Positions 1 through 8,576 of a DNA stretch of 20,000 nt are shown piece by piece. The position numbers were made by a program, and so were the translations under genes. The notes beneath the pieces were generated by a model. That model was not told where the DNA came from and did no database searches. It saw only the letters and a list, made by a program, of their open reading frames with translations. Numbering within the stretch: position 1 is the first letter of the stretch; each line of letters opens with the position of its first letter. Location: the sequence record DRR723986_5754. One strand, given 5' to 3'.

Positions 1-2
1 CA

Positions 3-50
3 AATGCAACCAAAGGGGTGGTGTTGTCTCCGTCGGAGAAGTGGCCGTGA
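3..50 (+). CDS. 3' end of an upstream gene (…NATKGVVLSPSEKWP*), probably another protein of the VWA cluster; partial
   Basis: Open frame from the window edge to TGA at 48-50. This TGA overlaps the in-frame GTG at 47-49 of the next gene (GTGA coupling). Family assignment from the 'SPSxxWP*' ending is recollection only. Confidence 0.5.
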   Translation, partial: NATKGVVLSPSEKWP

Positions 51-1012
51 AAGTCAGAGACCGCAGCATTGATATCTTCAGCTTGTCTTTTCTGGACATT
101 GTTTCCTGCGCATTCGGCGCAGTTGTTTTGTTGTTGATAATTTCCAAACCAGATCTGTCTTCGGAAAACGGGGCCAGTGAAAGCATGGAGCTTTTGCGCC
201 AACTGTATCGGGCAGAGGCTGAAAATATTCAAATTGCAGAACTGAGCGAGCAGGAAAAACTCAATTTGGACGGTAGTAAAAATAAGAATGAGGCGCTGGC
301 CCAGCAACTTGAGGATATTCAGCAAAACACCCGAAAGGAAGAGTTTACCGCCGCAGAGCTTGCTAAAGCTCGCGCTGTTATCGAAGAAGCAAAAAAACAA
401 ATTGAGCAGTTGGCGCAGGTTCGTGATACCACACCGGACCCTGACCCCACAGACGAGGTTGGCGGAATAATTGTTGATAGCGACTATATTATTTTTGTGA
501 TCGATACCTCTGGCAGTATGCGCGATAAATGGCAGCATGTTAAAAGCGTGATCGACAACGTACTAACCATGCACCCACAAGTTAAGGGCTTTCAAATCAT
601 CAATGACAATGGGTTTTACTTAAAGAAAAAAGGTGGCTGGATACCGGACACAAAAACAGAGCGTAGCTTGGCGCTTATTCAAACCAACAGGTGGTCTCCC
701 AATTCAAATAGCAGCCCCTATGAAGGCGTTGCGGAGGCGTTAAGGGCTTATGGCAGAGATGGCCGGAAATTGGCCATTTATGTTTTTGGTGACGATTTCT
801 CCACCGGTCGCTTTGATGACACCGCCGCGTCAATCAGCGCGCTGAACAAGTCCAGCATTACAGGCGAAAGGCTGGCGCGAATTCACGGCATTGGCTTTGC
901 TGTACGCTCGGGCCGTTACGGCGCTGTTGACAGTGGCGGATACACTTTTTCAGTGCTGATGAGTGCCGTTGCACGGGAAAATGCGGGCACCTACTTGGGC
1001 CTGTCACAATAA
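47..1012 (+). CDS. Membrane-anchored von Willebrand factor A (VWA) domain protein with coiled-coil stalk
   Basis: N-terminal hydrophobic helix FSLSFLDIVSCAFGAVVLLLII, Glu/Gln/Lys-rich coiled-coil segment, MIDAS motif IDTSGSM (DxSxS), later YVFGDDF. Start moved from 41 to GTG 47 because of the GTGA overlap with the upstream stop. Confidence 0.8.
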   Translation: MKVRDRSIDIFSLSFLDIVSCAFGAVVLLLIISKPDLSSENGASESMELLRQLYRAEAENIQIAELSEQEKLNLDGSKNKNEALAQQLEDIQQNTRKEEFTAAELAKARAVIEEAKKQIEQLAQVRDTTPDPDPTDEVGGIIVDSDYIIFVIDTSGSMRDKWQHVKSVIDNVLTMHPQVKGFQIINDNGFYLKKKGGWIPDTKTERSLALIQTNRWSPNSNSSPYEGVAEALRAYGRDGRKLAIYVFGDDFSTGRFDDTAASISALNKSSITGERLARIHGIGFAVRSGRYGAVDSGGYTFSVLMSAVARENAGTYLGLSQ

Positions 1013-1164
1013 AAATTCATGTGATTTAGTATGCCGCTAGCTCAATGCAATAAGTTATTGGTGAAGAGGTGAACGTCGTCTTTTTGCGTTTATGAGGTGG
1101 CTGATCAAGCTGATCTATCCTATCGTGATATTGTTCGGGTGAAATATAGTCAGGGAGACAAGAC

Positions 1165-2457
1165 ATGCTGCGACTTATTTATGGGATTGCCTTAATTTGG
1201 GGGATCACAACTCCGTGCTTTGCAGCCGAAGATACTTCGCCTTGGACAGCTATACGCAATGAGCGCATCGCCACCCTTTTACCCCAGGCATTGAAAGCCT
1301 CTGACGCAGACCTGTGGTTGGTGATTTGCCGCGAAAATAACAATGACCCACTTGCTGATCATGTCGGCTGCGAAAATGCCGGCTCAACCGCGGCTTTCAT
1401 GTTTTATACGGATGAAACAGGGTTTCACTCGCTGGTGTTTTCGCCCTCCGGCGAGGCTACCGCCCTTGATAGCCTGAATATCCATGACAGGGTAATTCCT
1501 GTGCGGCGTGGGACCTCGGCGATACAACAGGCGACGGGTTTTATCCGAGAAAAGAACTTTCGGTCCATCGCGGTTAATATGTCCAGCAATGCTCAAGCTG
1601 ACGGGCTTAGCCATACGCAGTGGCAAAATTTGACCAATCTTTTGGGCCCTGATTTTAGCAAACGGTTAAAGTCATCGGAAGACCTTGTTTATGAGTGGTT
1701 GTCTATCAAGCTACCGGCAGAAGTCGACATTATGCGGCGTGCAGCAGAAATAACGGCAGCGCTGGAAATTGAGGCCTACGCGCAGGTGACACCCGGCGTA
1801 TCAACTGATGCGGATATCGCTAAATTTTTGAAAAAGCGTATGCAGGAATTGGGTGTAACCGATGCGTGGCATCCCGACCAAAACCCCAATGTGAATTCCG
1901 GCCCTGACCGCGGTCATTCTCATGCAACCGATAAGGTGATTATGCCCGGTGATGTTATCCAAATTGATTTCGGTATTAAGCTTCATAAACGCTGGGTTAG
2001 TGATATTCAGCGATTTGCGTATGTTCTAAAGCCCGGCGAGACAAAGGCGCCAGATGATATTCAATATTATTGGAACAGTGCGCGCGCCGGTGGCTATGCT
2101 GCCTTTAAGGCTATGCGCCCCGGAGTAAAAGGCATTGAGGTGGATGCGGCGCAAAGCATATTGATGAAATCCGCCGGGTCAGAATATGTGCCGTGGTCAA
2201 CGGGGCACCCGGTTGGTTATGTGGCACATGATACCGGCCCAAATCTTGGTGGGTCTCGCACTAAAAGTATGCGGCCAGCAGCGCAGAAGCGCCTTAAAGC
2301 CGGAATGGTTTTTGCTTTTGATGGTTTCCATAGCTGGAAGCGAGCGGACGGCACCTTTAAAACGATTTCCGTGGAAGAAATGGCGGTTATCACCGAAGAG
2401 GGTGCCGACTATCTTATTCCCCGGCAAATGGACTTGATATTGATACCCAGCGAGTAA
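1165..2457 (+). CDS. Secreted Xaa-Pro aminopeptidase-like metallopeptidase (M24 family)
   Basis: Signal peptide ending …TPCFA-AE; 'IKLPAEVDIMRRAAEI' linker; pita-bread-fold ligands IQIDFG, SDIQR, TGHPVG…HD, VEEM; RBS GGGAGA upstream. Confidence 0.85.
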   Translation: MLRLIYGIALIWGITTPCFAAEDTSPWTAIRNERIATLLPQALKASDADLWLVICRENNNDPLADHVGCENAGSTAAFMFYTDETGFHSLVFSPSGEATALDSLNIHDRVIPVRRGTSAIQQATGFIREKNFRSIAVNMSSNAQADGLSHTQWQNLTNLLGPDFSKRLKSSEDLVYEWLSIKLPAEVDIMRRAAEITAALEIEAYAQVTPGVSTDADIAKFLKKRMQELGVTDAWHPDQNPNVNSGPDRGHSHATDKVIMPGDVIQIDFGIKLHKRWVSDIQRFAYVLKPGETKAPDDIQYYWNSARAGGYAAFKAMRPGVKGIEVDAAQSILMKSAGSEYVPWSTGHPVGYVAHDTGPNLGGSRTKSMRPAAQKRLKAGMVFAFDGFHSWKRADGTFKTISVEEMAVITEEGADYLIPRQMDLILIPSE

Positions 2458-2532
2458 ACACCTAAAGGCTAAGTCTTTGACGTAAAAACGCTTGTTTGTG
2501 TCAACTTGGTCTTAAAATAGGAATCAAAAGCT

Positions 2533-3681
2533 ATCAATTTAGTTCTTTCCATAGCCATTACCCTTACGCTTTTTACTTCTGTGATCATTGTGATTAGGTT
2601 TGGAGGAACGCAGCTAAAGGGTGACGATCCATTATCGCTGTTAGCCTTCATGGCGGTTTTATTTACCTCGGGTCTTGATGTTGGCTTGATTATGTTTCCG
2701 CTGACGGAATTCCCCGTTTATGAAGCAGAGACACCTTATGGCTTTACCAACGCGCTCGCCATTGAGTTTGGCTTTTGGGGTTTCCTTGTTTGGGCATTTT
2801 ACTTCCTGACAACCTTCTATTTTTGTGTGGTTGAGCCAAAGCTCAAGCTTTTTGATATTGCCTGGATCAAGTTCCTCAATAATACAGTTATTATAGCAAC
2901 ATGCGCTTTCACAGGTTTCCTATTCCTTAGTTATTTACCTAATTATATCAGCGGAATAACAGATTTTTATAGATACAGCCTGGTGGCTTTGGTTGTTCTG
3001 CTCGCGGTCTTTTCCAGTACAGATATACGCTATGTAAAATGGCTTAGCCTCGGCTCAAGCGCTTTGTTTCTAGGGCTTATTTGTGTGCTGTTTTTGGTCA
3101 GCGATATGGGATTAGGGGGGCTTGTTGAAAGTGCGGTAAATATTGGTGGATATTTTGAGAATATTCATAAATTCACTAGCCCAATAACGGATTATCACGC
3201 TTTCTATCTGTTTTGGTGGTTCGCTTGGAGTATTATGATTGGGCAATTTGTAGCAAGGTTCGTTGGCGGGCTGCAAACATGGCACCTGTTGATTGCTTTG
3301 TTGGTTATTCCGTCCATTCCCATCGCACTTTGGTTTTCTGTGCTTTATCATTATCATGCGGAAGCCATAGAGCTGGTTAGTGTCTTGAGCGTTTGCATGG
3401 TTGTTGTTGGTGTCATATTTGTCGTCAATTCGCTGGACTCTCTAACGCGGCTATATACCGATAATTTAAGCCTTACCGTAGAGCGCTTGGGTAAGGGCAA
3501 GTATGTGGCGGCAAATTGGTTTCTGCTGTACGGCCTAATATTGCTGTATCAGTTTACGCCGCTGAAAATTGAATGGATAGGCCTTATTGTCATCGGTCTC
3601 TATGGCTCTATTTATATACTGGTTTTCAAACGCCGCGCCATGTTGCATGGCATGGTAAATCATGGATCGCCTCAAGCATGA
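2533..3681 (+). CDS. Short BCCT-family (betaine/choline/carnitine) transporter, likely choline uptake
   Basis: Polytopic membrane protein with [21 protein letters not shown] and the BCCT signature [18 protein letters not shown]; stop overlaps the betA start (ATGA). Start uncertain: ATC 2533 behind AGGA versus GTG 2581 in the ORF track. Confidence 0.8.
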   Translation: MNLVLSIAITLTLFTSVIIVIRFGGTQLKGDDPLSLLAFMAVLFTSGLDVGLIMFPLTEFPVYEAETPYGFTNALAIEFGFWGFLVWAFYFLTTFYFCVVEPKLKLFDIAWIKFLNNTVIIATCAFTGFLFLSYLPNYISGITDFYRYSLVALVVLLAVFSSTDIRYVKWLSLGSSALFLGLICVLFLVSDMGLGGLVESAVNIGGYFENIHKFTSPITDYHAFYLFWWFAWSIMIGQFVARFVGGLQTWHLLIALLVIPSIPIALWFSVLYHYHAEAIELVSVLSVCMVVVGVIFVVNSLDSLTRLYTDNLSLTVERLGKGKYVAANWFLLYGLILLYQFTPLKIEWIGLIVIGLYGSIYILVFKRRAMLHGMVNHGSPQA

Positions 3682-5357
3682 ACAAAAGCTTTGATTACAT
3701 TATTGTGGGTGCGGGCTCTGCAGGCTGCGTTCTGGCCAATAGGCTAACCGCATGCGGCAAACATTCGGTTTTACTTCTTGAGGCTGGCGGCAGCGACAAA
3801 AACATATTGGTTCAAATGCCAACCGCGCTTTCCTACCCCATGGCGTCAAAAAAATTTAATTGGGGCTACAATTCTGAGCCTGAACCTGCCGCAGATGGAC
3901 GGCAAATTACATGCCCTCGCGGTAAAGGATTGGGTGGCACTTCGTCTATTAATGGCATGGTGTATGTGCGGGGTCATGCATGCGACTATGACGAATGGGA
4001 AGAGGGCGGCGCGACCGGCTGGGGTTATGCTGATTGCCTGCCGTATTTTAAACGTGCAGAAACATGGCAGGGCGGCGCAGACACTTACCGCGGTGGAGAT
4101 GGACCCTTGGGTGTTACTGGCGGTAACAATATGACAGGAAGCCCACTCTATAGTGCTTTTATTGACGCTGGCGTTGAGGCCGGTTATCCCCGTACCGATG
4201 ATTATAATGGTTACTGCCAAGAGGGTTTTGGCCCTATGCATATGACGGTAGACGGGGGCGTGCGTGCATCAACCTCACGGGCCTATCTTCGTCCGGCCCT
4301 CAAACGTTCTAATTTGACGGTTATCACTGACGTACTGGTTGAAAAAATTGAACTTGACGGTAAGCGCGCCACGGGTGTCGTCGCTCAGTATAAAGGGCAA
4401 CAGCGAAGGTATCATGTAAGTAAGGAAGTTATCCTCTCCGCAGGTTCAATTGCGTCTCCAATGATATTGCAGCGGTCGGGTGTTGGTAAGGCGTCTGACA
4501 TGGAAAGAGCTGGTATTGAGGTGCAGCACGAGCTTTCTGGTGTGGGGCGTAATTTACAGGACCATCTTGAGGTTTATTTCCAATTTCATTGCAAAAAACC
4601 GGTAAGTTTGAACGCAAAACTAGGAATTTTTAGTAAATTCTTCATCGGACTACGCTGGTTTTTCTTTAAAACCGGCTTGGGCGCAACCAACCACTTCGAA
4701 TCTTGCGCCTTCATCCGGTCACTGGCAGGGTTAAAATCGCCCGATATTCAGTTTCATTTCCTACCTGCTGCCATGCGTTATGATGGCACGCCGTCCGTAA
4801 AGGGCCACGGTTTTCAGGTTCATGTCGGGCCAAATAAACCCAAAAGTCGCGGCAGTGTATCGATCACCTCGGTTGACCCAGAGGCGCATCCATCCATCAC
4901 ATTTAACTATCTACAACACGAAGATGATGTTGCTGCGTGGCGGCGTTGTATTCGGCTCACCCGAGAAATAATGGCTCAGCCAGCTATGGATGAATATAGA
5001 GGCGCGGAAATTCAACCCGGCGATGACATCACCACCGATGAGCAAATCGACAAATGGGTTCGCGCAAATATTGAAAGCGCATACCATCCCTGCGGGACGT
5101 GCAAAATGGGGCCGGAAATCAGCAAAGACTCTGTTGTGGATACGGCGTGCCGCGTGATTGGACTTGAGGGTCTCAGGGTTGTGGATGCGTCTGTATTTCC
5201 TACTGTGCCCAACGGCAATATCAACGCACCAACAATAATGGTTGCCGAGAGAATGGCCGACACCATTCTGGGTAATGAGTTGTTACCGAAGGAAGAGGTG
5301 CCTGTCTGGATTGCAAAAGATTGGCAAACCACACAGAGAGCGCAAGCTTCAAGTTAA
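3678..5357 (+). CDS. betA: Choline dehydrogenase (GMC oxidoreductase)
   Basis: [22 protein letters not shown]-binding motif, [54 protein letters not shown]. True start is ATG 3678 (ATGA overlap with the BCCT stop), not 3573. Confidence 0.92.
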   Translation: MNKSFDYIIVGAGSAGCVLANRLTACGKHSVLLLEAGGSDKNILVQMPTALSYPMASKKFNWGYNSEPEPAADGRQITCPRGKGLGGTSSINGMVYVRGHACDYDEWEEGGATGWGYADCLPYFKRAETWQGGADTYRGGDGPLGVTGGNNMTGSPLYSAFIDAGVEAGYPRTDDYNGYCQEGFGPMHMTVDGGVRASTSRAYLRPALKRSNLTVITDVLVEKIELDGKRATGVVAQYKGQQRRYHVSKEVILSAGSIASPMILQRSGVGKASDMERAGIEVQHELSGVGRNLQDHLEVYFQFHCKKPVSLNAKLGIFSKFFIGLRWFFFKTGLGATNHFESCAFIRSLAGLKSPDIQFHFLPAAMRYDGTPSVKGHGFQVHVGPNKPKSRGSVSITSVDPEAHPSITFNYLQHEDDVAAWRRCIRLTREIMAQPAMDEYRGAEIQPGDDITTDEQIDKWVRANIESAYHPCGTCKMGPEISKDSVVDTACRVIGLEGLRVVDASVFPTVPNGNINAPTIMVAERMADTILGNELLPKEEVPVWIAKDWQTTQRAQASS

Positions 5358-5523
5358 TACCCTGATGAATGGTATATGCCCCTATATTCATGGGGTGTGG
5401 TTGCCGCTTAATTTGGGCAGAGTATATGGGTGCTGGAGTGGATGAATTTGTCTATTGCTTAGCCGAAATGCCTAAAATAGACTGCCGCTGAAACTTAATG
5501 ATGCCTGAAAAAGGATAGTCTCT

Positions 5524-6627
5524 ATGAAAACACGCGCAGCCGTTGCCTACCGTGCAGGTGAACCCCTGTCTGTTGAAACTGTTGACCTAGACGGCCCACG
5601 TGCTGGTGAGGTTTTGGTTGAAATAAAGGCAACCGGTGTGTGCCACACAGATGCTTTTACTTTGTCCGGTGATGACCCTGAAGGGGCGTTCCCTGCCATT
5701 TTGGGACATGAAGGTGCAGGCGTTGTGATGGAAGTAGGCGAGGGGGTTACAAGCCTAAAGCTCGGCGATCATGTCATCCCGCTTTATACGCCTGAGTGCC
5801 GCGAGTGTGTTTACTGCCTGCACCCGAAAACAAACCTATGCCAATCTATTCGGGAGACGCAGGGCCAAGGCCTAATGCCGGACGGCACCAGTCGGTTTTC
5901 TATAGATGGTACGCCGATCCTGCATTACATGGGCTGCTCTACTTTCGCGAACCATACAGTTTTGCCGGAAATTGCGCTGGCCAAAGTGCGCAAGGATGCT
6001 CCGTTTGAAAAGATTTGTTATATCGGGTGCGGCGTTACAACCGGTGTCGGTGCTGTGGCGTTTGACGCCAAAGTTGAACCGGGTTCAAATGTTGTTGTTT
6101 TCGGCCTTGGCGGTATCGGCCTGAATGTTATTCAGGGTGCGCGCATGGTGGGGGCAGACAAGATTATTGGTGTTGATATTAACCCTGCCCGCGAAGCCAT
6201 GGGCTGCCAGTTTGGCATGACAGATTTTTTGAATCCAAAAGACTGTGACATCATGGAAGCTATTATGGACCTGACCAACGGCGGCGCAGACTATAGCTTT
6301 GAGTGTATTGGCAATGTGAACACCATGCGACAGGCGCTGGAGTGCTGCCATAAAGGTTGGGGCGAAAGCATTATTGTTGGTGTTGCTGGTGCAGGCCAGG
6401 AAATTTCGACGCGGCCTTTCCAGTTGGTAACAGGGCGGGTTTGGCGCGGTACGGCTTTTGGCGGCGCGCGTGGGCGCACAGATGTTCCCAAAATTGTTGA
6501 TTGGTACATGGACGGCAAGATCAATATCGACGACTTGATCACCCACACCATGCCGCTGGATGATATTAACCATGCTTTCCACTTAATGCATGAAGGCGAG
6601 AGCATTCGCAGCGTGGTAACGTACTAA
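5524..6627 (+). CDS. frmA: S-(hydroxymethyl)glutathione dehydrogenase / class III alcohol dehydrogenase
   Basis: GVCHTD, GHEGAG, structural Zn motif CRECVYC…NLC, GLGGIG, class III signature [29 protein letters not shown]. Confidence 0.95.
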   Translation: MKTRAAVAYRAGEPLSVETVDLDGPRAGEVLVEIKATGVCHTDAFTLSGDDPEGAFPAILGHEGAGVVMEVGEGVTSLKLGDHVIPLYTPECRECVYCLHPKTNLCQSIRETQGQGLMPDGTSRFSIDGTPILHYMGCSTFANHTVLPEIALAKVRKDAPFEKICYIGCGVTTGVGAVAFDAKVEPGSNVVVFGLGGIGLNVIQGARMVGADKIIGVDINPAREAMGCQFGMTDFLNPKDCDIMEAIMDLTNGGADYSFECIGNVNTMRQALECCHKGWGESIIVGVAGAGQEISTRPFQLVTGRVWRGTAFGGARGRTDVPKIVDWYMDGKINIDDLITHTMPLDDINHAFHLMHEGESIRSVVTY

Positions 6628-7469
6628 TGGCACTCGAACGGATGAGCCAAGCGCATTGTTTTGGCGGCGAGCAGCAATATTACAAACATGATAGTGCCGT
6701 CTTAAAATGCGATATGCGCTTTTCTATTTTTCTACCACCACAAGCCAAAACGATGGACTGCCCTGTGGTTTGGTATCTGTCGGGCCTTACCTGCACAGAA
6801 GACAATGCCACTGTTAAGGCCGGTTTTCAGCGCCCGGCGGCAGAATTGGGACTTATTGTTATCTGCCCGGATACCAGTCCACGCGGTGACCATGTGCCGG
6901 ACGATGACACCTATGATTTTGCCAAAGGTGCGGGCTTTTACTTGAATGCCACCCAGCAGCCATGGGCTGAGCATTTCCACATGGAAACATATATCATTGA
7001 TGAGCTGCCCAAGCTTGTCAGTGCTCATTTCCCAGCCGATATGACGCGGCAGGCGATTTCGGGGCACTCCATGGGTGGCCACGGCGCACTTACATTAGCG
7101 TTGAAAAACCCTGAACGGTTTAAGTCAGTTTCTGCTTTTTCGCCGATCTGCTCACCCATTAATTGCCCCTGGGGGCAGAAAGCGCTGCCCGCCTATTTAG
7201 GTGAAGATGCGGCTGCATGGCGCAGGCATGATACGTGTGCTTTACTTGAGGACTGTGGCTCTGTGGCGTTGGATATATTGGTTGATCAGGGCTTGGCTGA
7301 TAATTTTCTGGCAGAGCAATTAAAGCCGGAACTGTTAGAAGCGGCAGCCGTTGCTTGTGGCCAAAACCTAGAGGTAAGGCGCCAAGCCGGATATGATCAC
7401 AGCTACTTCTTTATTGCATCTTTCATGGAAGACCACCTGCGTTTTCACAATACTCGACTGAGTTCTTAA
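6627..7469 (+). CDS. fghA: S-formylglutathione hydrolase (esterase D family)
   Basis: LSGLTCTE, PDTSPRG, GHSMGG nucleophile elbow, GYDHSYFF; TAATG overlap with frmA. Confidence 0.93.
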   Translation: MALERMSQAHCFGGEQQYYKHDSAVLKCDMRFSIFLPPQAKTMDCPVVWYLSGLTCTEDNATVKAGFQRPAAELGLIVICPDTSPRGDHVPDDDTYDFAKGAGFYLNATQQPWAEHFHMETYIIDELPKLVSAHFPADMTRQAISGHSMGGHGALTLALKNPERFKSVSAFSPICSPINCPWGQKALPAYLGEDAAAWRRHDTCALLEDCGSVALDILVDQGLADNFLAEQLKPELLEAAAVACGQNLEVRRQAGYDHSYFFIASFMEDHLRFHNTRLSS

Positions 7470-7793
7470 GGTTTTTCAGTTCAGAATTCAGGCTGTTTAT
7501 ACAGCCTGTATCAGGTGTTGGTTTGTTCATTTTATTTGCAGTTTAAGCTTTTATGCTCCGCAAACATAATTGGTAGAGAATCGCCAGCAGCGCAGACCGC
7601 TTTCGTCTTTGAATATGGGCAGTCGCGAGCACAGCAATGGTCAATTATTGGTTGCGATAGAAACCAATAACCTTTTTTGGACTAAATAGACTTCTCTCAA
7701 ATTCTTCCACAAATATACCTGAACTCGGCGCTCATAAGCGCATTTGAGGCGGGGCCACTATTATTCGGTGCGATATGAATCGTTTTTCGAAAG

Positions 7794-7811
7794 TGTCAGT
7801 ATTAATTGACA
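7794..7811. promoter_or_regulatory. PpsR/CrtJ binding site 1 (TGT-N12-ACA), containing a TTGACA -35-like hexamer
   Basis: TGTCAGTATTAATTGACA matches TGT-N12-ACA exactly, with extended TGTCA…TGACA symmetry; about 140 bp upstream of pucB. Confidence 0.9.
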
Positions 7812-7819
7812 GTTGATAA

Positions 7820-7837
7820 TGTACATAAAATATGACA
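7820..7837. promoter_or_regulatory. PpsR/CrtJ binding site 2 (TGT-N12-ACA)
   Basis: TGTACATAAAATATGACA, 8 bp downstream of site 1, the classic tandem arrangement over photosynthesis-gene promoters. Confidence 0.88.
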
Positions 7838-7950
7838 TAGATTTTTAATCGGCTATTTTTGCGTTAAACCAAGGAGATAGCTGGTCGGGCGAGTGGGAAG
7901 TCGTCAGTTCGCCTTCAAAAAGTAGACGGCGTGATAACGGAGGATCAACT

Positions 7951-8106
7951 ATGTCTACTGATCCAGATAAAGTTTGGCCGACTGGTCTAAACTTGAGAGA
8001 AGCTGAAGAAGTTCACAGTTATCTCATCGATGGGACGCGTGTGTTTGGTTTTATCGCCATTCTAGCGCACGTTTTAGTGGCGATTTCTACGCCATGGCTC
8101 GGGTGA
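7951..8106 (+). CDS. pucB: Light-harvesting complex 2 beta apoprotein (51 aa; absent from the ORF track)
   Basis: Hand translation MSTDPDKVWPTGLNLREAEEVHSYLIDGTRVFGFIAILAHVLVAISTPWLG*. Has EAEEVH, Arg30, AxxxH40 BChl ligand and terminal PWLG; RBS GGAGGA at 7939-7944. Confidence 0.96.
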   Translation: MSTDPDKVWPTGLNLREAEEVHSYLIDGTRVFGFIAILAHVLVAISTPWLG

Positions 8107-8116
8107 GGAGGAAACT

Positions 8117-8455
8117 ATGAACAACGCTAAAATGTGGCTTGTAGTCAAGCCAACAGTTGGTATTCCTCTCTTTTTGTCAGCAGTAGCGATTGGATCATTT
8201 GCAGTACACGTTTCTGTGCTGACAAATACCAGTTGGGTTTCTGACTTTTTGAGTGGCCAACCACTCGGTTCGGGCGACCGTGCTGAGGCAATGGTACCTG
8301 AATCGGTACAACCTAGCTTAGCCAGCTTTACGGCGGGTGAGCAGGAAGTGCTTATTCAAATGCCAGATGGCACGACAGCACGTGCTGTGCTGAAAGCCCC
8401 TGTTGTACGGGAGCAGTTAGCACAAAATGAGCTTAGGCGAAGCGACGGCCGTTGA
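8117..8455 (+). CDS. pucA: Light-harvesting complex 2 alpha apoprotein with long C-terminal extension (112 aa)
   Basis: MNNAKMWLVVKPTVGIPLFL…AVH31…W40 matches LH2 alpha chains; RBS GAGGAGG; directly follows pucB. Confidence 0.95.
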   Translation: MNNAKMWLVVKPTVGIPLFLSAVAIGSFAVHVSVLTNTSWVSDFLSGQPLGSGDRAEAMVPESVQPSLASFTAGEQEVLIQMPDGTTARAVLKAPVVREQLAQNELRRSDGR

Positions 8456-8472
8456 CGCCTGAGCTTTTTGGT

Positions 8473-8525
8473 AAGGTAGTGTGTTGCCGTGGTTGTCTTC
8501 ATGTCACCTAGGCAACACATACCTT
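8473..8525 (+). terminator. Intercistronic stem-loop between pucA and pucC (mRNA-stabilising or attenuating hairpin)
   Basis: AAGGTA-g-TGTGTTGCC (8473-8488) pairs with GGCAACACA-TACCTT (8511-8525); no U-tract follows; same position as the hairpins known in puc operons. Confidence 0.7.
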
Positions 8526-8576
8526 CCACCTAAGAAGTAATGCTAAACCCTCGTCGAATGATAGGGTTATGACGGA

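Noticed and set aside
2477-2504. TTGAC-N18-GTCAA upstream of the BCCT gene as a possible BetI operator
   Set aside because: It does not match the compact BetI palindrome, has only 5-bp arms, and may just be a -35 element.
3573-3677. 35-aa N-terminal extension of BetA in the ORF track
   Set aside because: It overlaps the BCCT gene in another frame; the GMC fold starts at [13 protein letters not shown] and ATG 3678 forms an ATGA overlap.
5359-5396. Imperfect inverted repeat after betA (ACCC..ATGAAT / ATTCAT.GGGT)
   Set aside because: Weak interrupted stem, long loop and no U-tract; not supportable as a terminator.
7813-7826. TTGAT half-site as an FNR/FnrL box
   Set aside because: The second half reads TACAT rather than ATCAA, and the stretch is explained by PpsR site 2.
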